A stretch of 64,000 nt of DNA, from positions 1,893 to 65,892 of the forward strand of contig JAAYKX010000024.1 of NCBI GenBank assembly GCA_012522155.1, given 5' to 3'. Positions 45,949 through 56,491 of the stretch are shown here, piece by piece. This DNA comes from Bacteroidales bacterium (GTDB lineage Bacteria > Bacteroidota > Bacteroidia > Bacteroidales > VadinHA17). Both the position numbers and the translations under genes were made by a program. Numbering within the stretch: position 1 is the first letter of the stretch; every line of letters starts with the position of its first letter. The notes beneath the pieces were generated by a model, which worked only from the letters and a program-made list of their open reading frames with translations, did no database searches and had not been told where the DNA came from.

Positions 45949-47742
45949 TCAGGACGAATTATCAAGAAAATTCCTTAAAATTTCAGCCCTTTTCCTGCCA
46001 ATAAGTTTTTCAAGCTCCCCTTCGGGCAGTTTGCGGATTTTATCCACAGACCCTACCTCTTTCAGCAAAATTTCTTTTGTTCTGATTCCAATACCTTCAA
46101 TATTGTCGAGACTGGATTTTGTAAGATCCCCCGAACGTTTATCCCTGTGAAAATTTATTCCAAAACGATGGGCCTCATTCCGGATCTGCTGAATGATTTT
46201 CAGACTGACCGAATTTTTGTCAAGATAAACCGGAACACTGTCCCCGGGAAAATAGATCTCCTCCAGTTTTTCTGCTATTCCTATGACAGTGGGTCCGTCC
46301 TGAAGATTCAGCTTTCGCAGGCTCTTCATTGCAGAAGAAAGCTGTCCCTTGCCTCCGTCAATTACAATAAGCTGGGGCATTGGTTTTCCCTCCCCGCTGA
46401 TTCTTTTGTAACGCCTGAAGACAATTTCTTCCATAGTAGCGTAATCATCCTGTCCTGTTACGGTTTTTACATTGAAATGCCTGTATTCCTTTTTACTGGG
46501 TCTGCCATTACGGAAAACCACACAGGCTGCAACCGGGTTCTGTCCCATTATGCTGGAATTGTCAAAACATTCAATATATAGTGGCAAATCACTCATATTT
46601 AAATCCTTACGTAACCTTTCAAGGTTTTTTAAGGTCCGGTCGCCCTGTTGCCTGCTTTCATTCTTTTTCTTTTGCTCCAGTTTGTAATACAATGCATTCC
46701 GTTCAGCTAGTTCAAGAAGCTTCAGCTTATCCCCTTTTTTCGGAACAGTATATCTGATATTTTCAAAACGGATATCCGGTTTGAAGGGAATAATAATTTC
46801 AGAAGAATCACTTGAGAGCTTTTGTCTTATTTCAGTAATGGCAAATCCCAGCAGCGATTCTTTTTCCTCGTCGACGCGGCTTCTGATTTCCAGTGTATAT
46901 GCCTGTATAACAGCTCCCTTAATTACTTTTAAATAATTAACATAAGCCTTGTCCGTATCCTGAGTCATGGCAAAGACATCCACATTCCTTATTGTAGTAC
47001 TCACCACCGTTGAGCGGCTCCTGAATTTTGAAAGGATCTCTATCTTGTTTTTTACCGTCTGTGCCTCCTCATAGCGTAGTTCTGCAGCATATTTCATCAT
47101 CAGGTCTTTAAGATGATCAATCACCGTTGATATGTTGCCTTTCAGAATTTCCTTTATCTGCCGTACATTCTCAGCGTAGTCATCTTCGTCCTGAAGCCCG
47201 ACACAGGGCGCCCTGCAGTTTCCAAGATGATATTCAAGACATACCCTGAACTTGCCGGCTGCTATATTTTCCCCGGTAAGGTTAAGGGAGCATGTTCTGA
47301 TCTTGTAGATATTCCTGATGAGTTCCAGCAGGGTTTTAACCATCAGGGCCGAAGTATAGGGCCCGTAATACAATGAACCGTCCTTTACGGTATTCCTTGT
47401 GCTGAAAATCCTGGGAAAGGGTTCATTCCGTATACATATCCAGGGAAAACTTTTGTCATCCTTCAGCTGTATGTTATATCTCGGCTGATGCTGTTTGATT
47501 ATATTGTTTTCAAGAAGGAGGGCTTCTGATTCATTGTCAACCACTATATGATTCAGACCGGCTGCTTTTGCAAGCATTACCCTGGTTTTTCCTGACTGGT
47601 TCTTTGCAAAATAGGAACTTACCCTTTTTTTCAGGCTTTTGGCCTTTCCCGCATAAATGATTTTGCCTGATTTATCAAGAAACTGGTAAACCCCGGGTTT
47701 ATCCGGAAGCAGGGGTACTATGTCCTGTGGTTTCAATTTCAT
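45949..47742 (-). CDS. uvrC: excinuclease ABC subunit C
   Basis: GIY-YIG N-terminus (PGVYQFLDKSGKIIYAGKAKSLKKR), UVR domain, and a C-terminal endonuclease with HhH. Confidence 0.95.
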   Translation of the reverse strand: MKLKPQDIVPLLPDKPGVYQFLDKSGKIIYAGKAKSLKKRVSSYFAKNQSGKTRVMLAKAAGLNHIVVDNESEALLLENNIIKQHQPRYNIQLKDDKSFPWICIRNEPFPRIFSTRNTVKDGSLYYGPYTSALMVKTLLELIRNIYKIRTCSLNLTGENIAAGKFRVCLEYHLGNCRAPCVGLQDEDDYAENVRQIKEILKGNISTVIDHLKDLMMKYAAELRYEEAQTVKNKIEILSKFRSRSTVVSTTIRNVDVFAMTQDTDKAYVNYLKVIKGAVIQAYTLEIRSRVDEEKESLLGFAITEIRQKLSSDSSEIIIPFKPDIRFENIRYTVPKKGDKLKLLELAERNALYYKLEQKKKNESRQQGDRTLKNLERLRKDLNMSDLPLYIECFDNSSIMGQNPVAACVVFRNGRPSKKEYRHFNVKTVTGQDDYATMEEIVFRRYKRISGEGKPMPQLIVIDGGKGQLSSAMKSLRKLNLQDGPTVIGIAEKLEEIYFPGDSVPVYLDKNSVSLKIIQQIRNEAHRFGINFHRDKRSGDLTKSSLDNIEGIGIRTKEILLKEVGSVDKIRKLPEGELEKLIGRKRAEILRNFLDNSS

Positions 47743-47844
47743 CCGCTAAAGATATGAATTCTCCTGCCGTAGTATTTAAGGGCTGCTGCTGATATTTATA
47801 CAACTTTTACTGCCATGCGCTGCATAATATTAACTATCCGCCTG

Positions 47845-49464
47845 TCACTCAACGAACAAGGACACAAAACCAAAAGTATTACTGTTAAACAAGCCCCTGT
47901 CGCTGAGCTTCAGTTCGGGTATGACAAGCAGAGCCATAAAAGAGAGGGTCATGAACGGGGAAGACATATGACAGCCAAGGTCCCCGACGAGTCCGGACAG
48001 GAACTGATATTCAGCGGCTACCTCTTCACAGGGCCGGTCTGACATTATGCCCCCTATACTCAGCTGCATCGAACGGATCTTCCCGCCATCCGCAACAGCC
48101 AGTCCCCCTTTCAGTCTTACAAGCTCATTTATTGCATCTGTAATATCCTCATCCTTCACTCCTGCAGCTATTATATTATGACTGTCATGTGCAACGGAGG
48201 AAGCAAACGCTCCCGACCTGAGTCCGAAGCCCCTTATAAATGCAACAGAGGGAGCAGAATCTTGGTAGCGGTCCTTGACAACAATTTTTAAAATATCCGC
48301 AGAGGTATCAGATTCCAATATTTTCCCCTCCGGTGCTTCATGAATTGTTTCTTTTGTAAACAGTTCACCGTCAAAAGTATTGATCACCCTGAAAGGCAAT
48401 CCGCTGTTCTTTACAAGGATCTGTTCCCTGCTGATTTCCGAACAGAAGAACCTGTTTACAGGAGGACCGGGTTTATAGGAAAAAAGGACTTTGCCGCGAT
48501 CATATACTTTCTGACCGTTTATCCATGTTTCCTGCACATTCATTTCCTGCAGGCCGTCAACTATGATCAGATCAGCATAGTCCCCCGGCCTGAGAAGTCC
48601 GGCATCAAGCCCGTAATGTGAGACCGGATTAAGACTTGCACTTCTTATCACGTCGAAAGGATCATATCCTCCGCGGATCAGTCCTGAAACAAGCTTGTCA
48701 AGATGCCTTTCCCTCAGCATTTCCGGATGAATATCGTCACTTCCGAGCATTACCCGGGATGGATGGGTTCTGAAAAGATCCTTTAGGGCGCTGAGATTTC
48801 TGCCGGCACTTCCCTCTCGTATAATTATCTTCATTCCGAGGGATATTTTTTCAAGTGCCTCTTCCAGTGTACTGCATTCATGGTCTGTGTCAATACCGGC
48901 CCCGACATATTTTTTCAGGGCATCTCCACTGAGTCCGGGTGCATGGCCGTCTACCGGCTTGTTTAACTGCCTGGCCACGGCAATTTTTTCCAGAACCTCC
49001 CTGTTTCCATTTACAACCCCGGGATAATTCATCATTTCTGCCAGGTATTTTATACCGTCCCTCTTCAGCAATTCCCTTATTTCACTGACACCCAGGCTTG
49101 CTCCTGCTGTTTCAAAGTCTGTTGCCGGCACACATGAAGGTGCACCAAAATAAAATTTAAAAGGTGTTTTCCGCCCGTCTTCTATCATGAAATCAACACC
49201 TTCCTTACCAAGTATGTTTGCTATCTCATGAGGATCGGAAACAGTTGCTGTTGTTCCACGTGAAACGGCAGCGGCTGCAAAAGAACCGGGTGTAAGCATT
49301 GTACTTTCTATATGAATATGTGCATCAACAAGGCCGGGAAGAATATATACATCCGGCACATCCTGCTTTTCTTCAATCCGGCTTATCACGGAACCCCCGA
49401 CAACCACCTCCCCCGGATATATTCTCCGGCGGTGAATATCCACGATTTTTCCTGAAACTTTCAT
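47845..49464 (-). CDS. ade: adenine deaminase
   Basis: PGLVDAHIHIESTMLTP, DGHAPG and DHE motifs. I set the start at the ATG at 49464 (MKVSGKIVDI) rather than the track's 49512. Confidence 0.88.
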   Translation of the reverse strand: MKVSGKIVDIHRRRIYPGEVVVGGSVISRIEEKQDVPDVYILPGLVDAHIHIESTMLTPGSFAAAAVSRGTTATVSDPHEIANILGKEGVDFMIEDGRKTPFKFYFGAPSCVPATDFETAGASLGVSEIRELLKRDGIKYLAEMMNYPGVVNGNREVLEKIAVARQLNKPVDGHAPGLSGDALKKYVGAGIDTDHECSTLEEALEKISLGMKIIIREGSAGRNLSALKDLFRTHPSRVMLGSDDIHPEMLRERHLDKLVSGLIRGGYDPFDVIRSASLNPVSHYGLDAGLLRPGDYADLIIVDGLQEMNVQETWINGQKVYDRGKVLFSYKPGPPVNRFFCSEISREQILVKNSGLPFRVINTFDGELFTKETIHEAPEGKILESDTSADILKIVVKDRYQDSAPSVAFIRGFGLRSGAFASSVAHDSHNIIAAGVKDEDITDAINELVRLKGGLAVADGGKIRSMQLSIGGIMSDRPCEEVAAEYQFLSGLVGDLGCHMSSPFMTLSFMALLVIPELKLSDRGLFNSNTFGFVSLFVE

Positions 49465-49554
49465 TTCTGTAAAATTTAAGCTTTTTATAAATCTGTCAAT
49501 CCTGCAAAACAAATATTGTTTATCCCGTTTCTGCCGCTAACAATGACGCAGACC

Positions 49555-49945
49555 TGCATTTTCCCGGTATAATCTGTTCTTCGGCACAAAGTCCGGACAG
49601 AAGAATATTTCCGAACCGCTACTGCGGAAACACTGATTCCATGCTCAATGCCCCTGAAGAACCAAAATTTCCAGACCAGTACTCCGGAAGAAATAACTTC
49701 AGGCCCTGTGTCCCGGAAGAATCAAATTTTGGAACCACTACTGCGGAAGCATTGATTCCAGGCACAATGCCCCTGAAGAATCAAACTTCCAAACCAGTAC
49801 TCCGGAAGAAATAACTTCCGGCCCGATGCCCCGGAAGTATAAATTTCCGAACGAATACAAAGGAAGGATATATTCCCGCATAGTGCTTCGGAGAGACCAA
49901 ATTACGCAGCAATGCCCCGGAAAAATCAATTTCCTGAATAGCACT
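49555..49945. repeat. non-coding array of ~13 degenerate ~30-bp units, most containing a GGAA..TTCC / CCGGAAG..CTTCCGG inverted repeat; 119-bp higher-order repeat
   Basis: 49621-49739 and 49740-49858 align at roughly 85-90% over the first ~85 nt, so each higher-order copy holds 4 units. The best unit, TCCGGAAGAAATAACTTCCGG (49801-49821), has a perfect 7-bp stem. Confidence 0.85.
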
Positions 49946-49985
49946 TTGTAAAAATAAATATTTATAATTTATGAATAAATATTAT

Positions 49986-50009
49986 AAAATGTTCCACGTG
50001 GAACATTTT
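49986..50009. terminator. 24-bp perfect palindrome AAAATGTTCCAC|GTGGAACATTTT overlapping the mnmG stop codon; probable terminator
   Basis: A perfect 12-bp arm pair with A/T-rich outer ends gives a U-tract in either orientation. The mnmG stop is at 50008-50010. Confidence 0.5.
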
Positions 50010-51882
50010 ACCTGCCAAGATACATTAAAAGAATATTAATGTCGGAAGGACTGACACCACTTATCCTTCCTGCCTGACCAATTGATCCTGGTCTTATATC
50101 AGCCAGCTTCTGTCTTCCCTCAGTAGATATAGAAAGCAGTTCACTATAGTCTATATCTTCCGGGATCTTTATCTTTTCAAGCCTTTGGATCTTTTCAGCA
50201 ACTGCCTTTTCCCTCCTTATATATCCGTCATATTTGATCCTGATTTCGGCGGTTTCGGAAATCTCCCCGAATCTTTCAGAACCTGTTGCCTTAAGCTTTG
50301 AAGCTTCCTTTATAGTTCCAAGCAATTCCCCTGTACTGATCTGTGGTCTGCCTGCAATGTTAATTGCCTTTATTTTCTGAGTAATCCTGCTTGTCCCTTT
50401 CTTTTCGAGGAACTCATTTATCTCTTCAGGTGAAACACTTTTATTCCTGAGAAAGGATATAACTTCTTCTGCCATTTCCCTTTTTACATTCAGCCTGTCC
50501 ACCCTTTCCTTTTCTGCAAGTCCTGCACTATATCCCTTTTCCGTGAGTCTTTCATCTGCATTATCCTGTCTGAGCAAAATCCTGTATTCAGCCCTTGAAG
50601 TAAACATCCTGTATGGTTCATCGACTCCCTTGGTAACAAGATCATCTATCAGCACACCAATATAGGATTCTTCCCTGCCAAGGACAAGCTCATCCTTTCC
50701 CCTTAGTTTTAATACTGCATAAATACCCGCCATCAATCCCTGCGCAGCAGCTTCCTCATATCCGGTGGTCCCGTTGATCTGTCCGGCAAAATAAAGATTC
50801 TCCGCCCTTTTTGTTTCAAGGGTATGCTTTAACTGGGTAGGCTGAAAAAAATCATATTCAATAGCATAACCCGGCCGGTATATTTCTGCATTTTCCAGTC
50901 CCGGTATCAATCTGAGGGCACGGAACTGGAATTCCAGCGGCAGACTGCTGGCAAAACCATTCAGATAAAATTCATTGGTATCCCAGCCTTCAGGTTCCAG
51001 AAAGAGCTGATGTGAATCCTTATCACCAAAGGTGACGATCTTATCTTCTATGCTCGGACAATACCTTGGACCTCTTCCTGTGATCCTCCCGGTAAAAAGA
51101 GGACTGTATTCCAATCCCTTTCTGAGTTCCTCATGAACGGCAGGATTGCTATGTGTAATAAAGCAACTTTTCTGAAGTCCGGTAAGCCCTTGTCCTGAGA
51201 GATAAGAAAACTTTCCTCCCCCTTCATCCCCCTTTTGTTCAATCATTTTGTCAAAATCAACACTCCTGCCGTCTATCCTTGCACTGGTACCTGTTTTAAG
51301 CCTGCCAACCTTAAAGCCCATTTCCCGAAGCTGCTCGCTTAAGCCCGTTGAACCGGGATCACCGGCCCTGCCACCTTCCACCCTGCTGAAACCAACATGC
51401 AAAATACCGTTAAGAAAAGTCCCGTTGGTAAGTATAACAACATCGCTGATAAAGCGGGTACCGAATTCTGTTTCGACCCCCCGGACCCTGTCATTTTCTA
51501 TAATCAGCCTGACGGCCTTCTCCTGCCATAAAAAAAGATTGCTTCTCCTTTCAAGGATATTACGCCACTCTTTTGAAAAATAGAATCTGTCACACTGGGC
51601 CCTGGGGCTCCACATTGCAGGACCCTTGGACTTGTTAAGCATCCTGAACTGTATCATGCTGCGGTCTGTAACCAGTCCGCTCATCCCTCCAAGAGCATCA
51701 ACTTCTCTTATTATCTGACCCTTTGCAATACCTCCCATAGCCGGGTTACATGACATCCGGGCCAGTTTTGTAAGATCCATAGTAAGCAAAAGAGTTCTTG
51801 CACCCATCCCTGCCGCAGCACAGGCAGCCTCACATCCCGCATGTCCGCCGCCAACCACAATTACTTCATACCTGAATTCCAC
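50008..51882 (-). CDS. mnmG: tRNA uridine-5-carboxymethylaminomethyl(34) synthesis enzyme MnmG
   Basis: [19 protein letters not shown] motif, full-length GidA/MnmG body, GTG start. Confidence 0.96.
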   Translation of the reverse strand: MEFRYEVIVVGGGHAGCEAACAAAGMGARTLLLTMDLTKLARMSCNPAMGGIAKGQIIREVDALGGMSGLVTDRSMIQFRMLNKSKGPAMWSPRAQCDRFYFSKEWRNILERRSNLFLWQEKAVRLIIENDRVRGVETEFGTRFISDVVILTNGTFLNGILHVGFSRVEGGRAGDPGSTGLSEQLREMGFKVGRLKTGTSARIDGRSVDFDKMIEQKGDEGGGKFSYLSGQGLTGLQKSCFITHSNPAVHEELRKGLEYSPLFTGRITGRGPRYCPSIEDKIVTFGDKDSHQLFLEPEGWDTNEFYLNGFASSLPLEFQFRALRLIPGLENAEIYRPGYAIEYDFFQPTQLKHTLETKRAENLYFAGQINGTTGYEEAAAQGLMAGIYAVLKLRGKDELVLGREESYIGVLIDDLVTKGVDEPYRMFTSRAEYRILLRQDNADERLTEKGYSAGLAEKERVDRLNVKREMAEEVISFLRNKSVSPEEINEFLEKKGTSRITQKIKAINIAGRPQISTGELLGTIKEASKLKATGSERFGEISETAEIRIKYDGYIRREKAVAEKIQRLEKIKIPEDIDYSELLSISTEGRQKLADIRPGSIGQAGRISGVSPSDINILLMYLGR

Positions 51883-51885
51883 CGC

Positions 51886-52308
51886 CTATCCCTCCAAAAA
51901 CATTTTCAGTAATTCATTCTCTCTTTTCCTCATAATTTCGGCATCCTCTGCATCTTCGTCACGGTATCCGCATAAATGAAGCGTTCCGTGCAAAATCACC
52001 CTGATAAGCTCAGTCCTGAAACTAACTTTATAGTTGGAAGCGTTGATTTTTACCGTATCCACACTGATATATACTTCCCCTTCCACCTTTTCTCCGTCTC
52101 CATAGTCAAAAGCTATAACATCTGTAAAGCCATCTTGTTCCAGAAACTCACGGTTAAGTTCCCTGATTTTTCCATCATCCGTAAAAATAAAACTAAGGTC
52201 ACCCGGGATTTTCCTTTCTTCCCTGATGACCTTAGCAATATAATCTTTTATGTATTTTACCTTCTTTAAACGATACTTTACACCATCATAAAAAAACCGG
52301 ATTTTCAC
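51886..52308 (-). CDS. ybeY: rRNA maturation RNase YbeY
   Basis: The HGTLHLCGYRD zinc motif and a 140-aa length. Confidence 0.92.
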   Translation of the reverse strand: MKIRFFYDGVKYRLKKVKYIKDYIAKVIREERKIPGDLSFIFTDDGKIRELNREFLEQDGFTDVIAFDYGDGEKVEGEVYISVDTVKINASNYKVSFRTELIRVILHGTLHLCGYRDEDAEDAEIMRKRENELLKMFLEG

Positions 52309-52316
52309 ATCAAATC

Positions 52317-52712
52317 TTACACTTTAAATGTCATGGTAACACTGTTACCCTCGTTATTAAACTCTATTTCATCTGCAAGCCTGGACATAAGAAAAACACC
52401 TCTTCCCGTGAGAGCTTCAATATTTTCCGGCAGAGTAGGATCAGGTATCCCGGCTGGATTGAATCCTTCCCCTTCATCTGTTACAGAAACCTTTAATTTT
52501 CCCTTATCCAGAATGAATTCTACCTCTACAAACTTATTGACATCTGATTTGTTACCGTGTACTATAGCATTATTTACTGCTTCGAGTATTCCTATAAGAA
52601 TTTTTCCGTAACTATCCTGGCTTATACCGGCGTCATTAGTCAGATTATCTATTGCATTTTCAACTACTCTGAGGTTGTCAATTACTGAAGTTATCCTGAT
52701 TTTTTGTTGCAT
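52317..52712 (-). CDS. stand-alone HATPase-domain protein (RsbW/SpoIIAB-like anti-sigma serine kinase fold)
   Basis: N-box EAVNNAIVHG, DEGEGFNP and TGRGVFLMSRLADEIEF, 131 aa. It lies 8 bp upstream of ybeY. Confidence 0.72.
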   Translation of the reverse strand: MQQKIRITSVIDNLRVVENAIDNLTNDAGISQDSYGKILIGILEAVNNAIVHGNKSDVNKFVEVEFILDKGKLKVSVTDEGEGFNPAGIPDPTLPENIEALTGRGVFLMSRLADEIEFNNEGNSVTMTFKV

Positions 52713-52827
52713 TGTGGAAATTTAATATTCCTTATACTAAAATTAAGTTAAATATGTTTCACAGCTGCTGTTTAAATTTATGAATATGTTTTGAACAAAA
52801 TAACAAGTTTTGGAACAGAATAAAAAA

Positions 52828-54012
52828 TTACTGCCTGTTTACAATCCACTTTTCCGGATCCATAGCTGTCTTATCCTCAAATATCATGAACTTGAGTACA
52901 GCATTATTATCTCCCTGCGGATCGGGATATACCTCCCCTACATCCTGCCCGGTATCAACCTTGTCACCTTTTCTCACTTTTACGTTTATAAGATTGCTGT
53001 AAACGGTAAGGTAGTTTCCGTGCCGGATAATAACCGTGATATTTGCTCCGGCAATAACAGATATGGCTGACACTTCCCCTTTGAACACACTCCGGGCAAC
53101 TACCTTTCCCTTACTGGTGATCTCAATTCCTTTATTTTCCTCCGTCACGTATTTAAGTACCGGATGCTGATGAATACCGAAACGTGCAGTAATAATTCCC
53201 TTTTCTACAGGCCAGGGCAGCCTTCCCTTATTATCCTGAAAATTGTTCCCGATAAGCCTTTGTTCCGGACTAAGATCCGATTTCAAGGCTTTTTGCCTTT
53301 CTTCCTCAACAATCCTGGCTATTTCAGACTCTATCCTCCTTGCTATCCTCTTCTTATCCTCCAGTTCCTTCCGAAGCTGTTTTTCCTTATTACCCAGCGA
53401 CTGAACCATTCTTTGCTGCCTGCGCTGTTCATTTTGCAATAAAGTCTTCTGCTGATTTTCCCTTTTCTGCAAATCAGAAACCTTCTCAAGATCTTTCTCA
53501 AGCCTTTCCTTTGTAACTTTTATCTCCTGCATCAGCTCCTTTATAATCTCTGATTCATTTCTTCTGTAACGCGTGACCTGCTGAAGATACCTTACCCTTT
53601 TGTATCCCTGGTTAAAATCCCGGGCTGAAAGAATATAAACTATATCCGGATTAGCCTTGGACATCCTGTACGAGTTAACAACCGATCTTGAATAATCATC
53701 TTTTAAAGTCTGAAGATCCTCTTCCATCATATCGGTAGCAAGCTTGTTAAGGCTTATTCTGTGATTTAAAAGCTGTATTTCCTCATTCATCCCCCTGAGG
53801 ACTGACTCCCTGAGGCTGACTTTGTTCCCTATGATCCTTAAAGACTGCAGCCCCTGATCCCTTTCCCTGGCAGTGGATTTAAGCATCCCGTCCACATATT
53901 CAATCTCCTCAATCGTCTTTTTCCTTTGTTCTTCCAGGTCAGCCCTGCTTTGCCCCAGTATAAGGACCTGACACATAAACAGAATAAAGCCGCTGATTAA
54001 GAAAAATCTCAC
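52828..54012 (-). CDS. EnvC-like murein hydrolase activator (coiled coil plus degenerate LytM/M23 domain)
   Basis: Signal peptide and ~250 aa of coiled coil. The C-terminal LytM fold lacks the HxxxD and HxH ligands (GIEITS; LKFMIF where HLHFE is expected). GTG start with a 4-bp overlap on the upstream gene. Confidence 0.78.
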   Translation of the reverse strand: MRFFLISGFILFMCQVLILGQSRADLEEQRKKTIEEIEYVDGMLKSTARERDQGLQSLRIIGNKVSLRESVLRGMNEEIQLLNHRISLNKLATDMMEEDLQTLKDDYSRSVVNSYRMSKANPDIVYILSARDFNQGYKRVRYLQQVTRYRRNESEIIKELMQEIKVTKERLEKDLEKVSDLQKRENQQKTLLQNEQRRQQRMVQSLGNKEKQLRKELEDKKRIARRIESEIARIVEEERQKALKSDLSPEQRLIGNNFQDNKGRLPWPVEKGIITARFGIHQHPVLKYVTEENKGIEITSKGKVVARSVFKGEVSAISVIAGANITVIIRHGNYLTVYSNLINVKVRKGDKVDTGQDVGEVYPDPQGDNNAVLKFMIFEDKTAMDPEKWIVNRQ

Positions 54013-54770
54013 TTAAGGATAATTTTTTCGTAATTGTTTCCCGGAATAAATTCAATTTTGCCGGAATCCCTGAATTCGACAGAAGCAATCTCTATGCTGA
54101 TCCTGTTACTTCCAGTCATATCCACAATACTGATTTTTCCGGGATAATAATAGTTTCCGGATCGCTTAAAGCTGCCAAAACTAAGTTTTACAGGATTTCT
54201 TCCGCTTATGTCACTGACAGTAACAGAAGAAACCTTTGCAGTATTACAGTCAATGTAATACCATAGCTCCCGGTCGCCGATATAGCCCTGTATTTCAGAA
54301 ACTCCGGACCTGCAGTCGCTAAGTGTCACCGCATCAGACATAGCAGCGAGATAATCACCGAAAACAACCGGGATAAGCATTGTACCGATACCATACTTTT
54401 TAATCAGCCAGTCATTGGAACCAATATAGAGATTCCTGTATATCCTGTCATTGACCATTATCGTATCACTGTTAATAAAAATCCTGGCTGCTTCAATTCC
54501 GGTACGATGTCTCAGCGATATGAGATACTCCCCGGGTTTCCTGTGCTTAACCGATCCGAGAAGCCTTCTGCCCGAGCCGTTGCTGAATACTTCAATATCA
54601 GCTTTGATGATATCAAAATCACGGCTGGTAATATTTGCAGCAGTAACCATATCTGCCAGGGAAGTTCCCTCCGGCACACAGACAGCAGGTGAGGGAGTGA
54701 ATCTTTTCTTCGACACCGAACAGCTGCTGAGAATAAGCAAGCCAAAAAACAAAAGTTTTCTTACTGACAT
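54009..54770 (-). CDS. DUF4292-like lipoprotein
   Basis: Signal peptide with a lipobox (LLILSSCSV). It sits between the TPR protein and the M23-like gene, an arrangement conserved in Bacteroidota. The family call is from memory of synteny. Confidence 0.55.
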   Translation of the reverse strand: MSVRKLLFFGLLILSSCSVSKKRFTPSPAVCVPEGTSLADMVTAANITSRDFDIIKADIEVFSNGSGRRLLGSVKHRKPGEYLISLRHRTGIEAARIFINSDTIMVNDRIYRNLYIGSNDWLIKKYGIGTMLIPVVFGDYLAAMSDAVTLSDCRSGVSEIQGYIGDRELWYYIDCNTAKVSSVTVSDISGRNPVKLSFGSFKRSGNYYYPGKISIVDMTGSNRISIEIASVEFRDSGKIEFIPGNNYEKIILK

Positions 54771-56485
54771 TTTTCTATTTCTTTTTGCAATTCAGTTTTG
54801 GAAGAATCAAGCTCAATGGCTCTTTTCCAGAATTTTACAGCCTCTTCGAATTTTTTTCTTTTCTTTTTAATATATCCCATATGCTCATAAAACTCTGCAT
54901 TTTCCTTGCTGCTTTCCTCCAGGATACTGTCCATAATCCTTTCGGCATCTTTAACTTTTCCTCTTTTGAAAAGCACCCAGGCATAGGTATCTAGAAAAGT
55001 ATGATTGTCTTTTTCCTTTTCGATAACCTGTCTGGCCATCTTTTCAGCATCTTTTAGCCTTAAATTCTGTTCTGCAAGATAATAGGCATAATTATTCAGG
55101 ACAGTAAGATCTCCTGAATCCATTACAAGGGCTTCTTCAAAAACACTGAAGGCCTTATCATAATCCTTCATCTTATAAAAAACATCAGCCCTGGTAGCCA
55201 GGACCTGCAACAGCATTTCTTCATTATCACCTGCAAGGATTTCCGCTTTTCTGAGTTCCCCCAGTGCCGTATCAAAATTCCTGTTTTCAGTGGATCCTAC
55301 AGCATAAAGAAGCTTAGCCAGAAATGACCTGTTGAAATTCAATGCGCATTCTTCGCCTTTTAATTCAAGATTTTTATAATCTCCTGCTTCCAGATATACC
55401 AGAAGAAGCCTTTCCCATGCATAGTAATTCCCTGGCATGCTCCGGGTAATTTCTTCAAGCCTTTCCGTGGCTTCACTGATCCTGCCGGTTTTCTGGTACA
55501 ACTCCGGCCGTAACAAAACAATTATTCCGTCATTTTCATATGCAGCCTCCAGGATCATAAGAGTAAGTGCAACATCATCTCCCCTGTGTACCAGTATGTC
55601 ATCGTTTTCAATAATCCTTGAAAAAAGTCCCAGCTTATCTTCCCTGGATATATTTTCATTAAAAATAACCGTATTAATCAGCTGTAAAAGCTCATCATAC
55701 TTTTTTTCATCCAGGAGGAAATCACATAATGAAAGCTGTATATCAGGATTATCCGGATTACGTTCCATCAGAAGGTTATATACTTCCATAGCTTTCTGAT
55801 TATCACCTTTTTCCCTGAATATTTCGGCTTTAAGACCATTATAAAGAATTTCTTCCGGAAAGTGATCAAGAAGTTTTTCCACCAGAACAAGTGCTCTTTC
55901 AAAATTACCGGCATTAACCTGGTTTTTTATATTAGCCAGGGTAGACCTCTCGTTAATACCATATTTTTCATCCAGTTCACTGAAAACCTCATCTGCCAGC
56001 CGGTAGTCGCCGTTTCCGGAATACAGGTTACCAAGGGTAACAAGCAGCTCATCCTTTCCCGGAAATTTATGCACCGCATTTTCATACCACACAATTGCAC
56101 TGTCTATATTTTTCTCCTGGAAATAACTTCCTGCAAGCATAAGCATATACCACAGGTTATCTGGATCAAGTTCTGCAGCTTTTAATGCATATTTTTTTCC
56201 ATTCTGCAGATCCCCTCCGGAGAACAGTATCTGTGCCATCTGATAATATACAGCATCATTTTCCGGATTAACTTTTAAACACTGTTCCAGATATTTAAGT
56301 GCATCCCCGGCATTTCCAATAAGCTTTTGTCTAAGTGCTTCAACATAAACATAGTCAAAGACAGCAGAGTCATAATTAATTCCCCTGGGCAGACCTGATA
56401 TAACCGGAGTGATTTTCTTTGAACAGGATGCTGCTATCACAAAACAAAGGACTGTCAGTACTGCTGTTTTAAAAATTCCTTTCAT
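54761..56485 (-). CDS. tetratricopeptide repeat protein (lipoprotein)
   Basis: Lipobox VIAASCSK followed by more than 10 TPR-like 34-aa repeats. Confidence 0.85.
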   Translation of the reverse strand: MKGIFKTAVLTVLCFVIAASCSKKITPVISGLPRGINYDSAVFDYVYVEALRQKLIGNAGDALKYLEQCLKVNPENDAVYYQMAQILFSGGDLQNGKKYALKAAELDPDNLWYMLMLAGSYFQEKNIDSAIVWYENAVHKFPGKDELLVTLGNLYSGNGDYRLADEVFSELDEKYGINERSTLANIKNQVNAGNFERALVLVEKLLDHFPEEILYNGLKAEIFREKGDNQKAMEVYNLLMERNPDNPDIQLSLCDFLLDEKKYDELLQLINTVIFNENISREDKLGLFSRIIENDDILVHRGDDVALTLMILEAAYENDGIIVLLRPELYQKTGRISEATERLEEITRSMPGNYYAWERLLLVYLEAGDYKNLELKGEECALNFNRSFLAKLLYAVGSTENRNFDTALGELRKAEILAGDNEEMLLQVLATRADVFYKMKDYDKAFSVFEEALVMDSGDLTVLNNYAYYLAEQNLRLKDAEKMARQVIEKEKDNHTFLDTYAWVLFKRGKVKDAERIMDSILEESSKENAEFYEHMGYIKKKRKKFEEAVKFWKRAIELDSSKTELQKEIEKCQ

Positions 56486-56491
56486 TTCCTC

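Noticed and set aside
49555-49945. Possible CRISPR array or degraded coding region
   Set aside because: The units abut directly with no spacers. The only ORF through the region (49738..49944, minus strand) is a low-complexity read-through of the repeats with no recognisable protein features.
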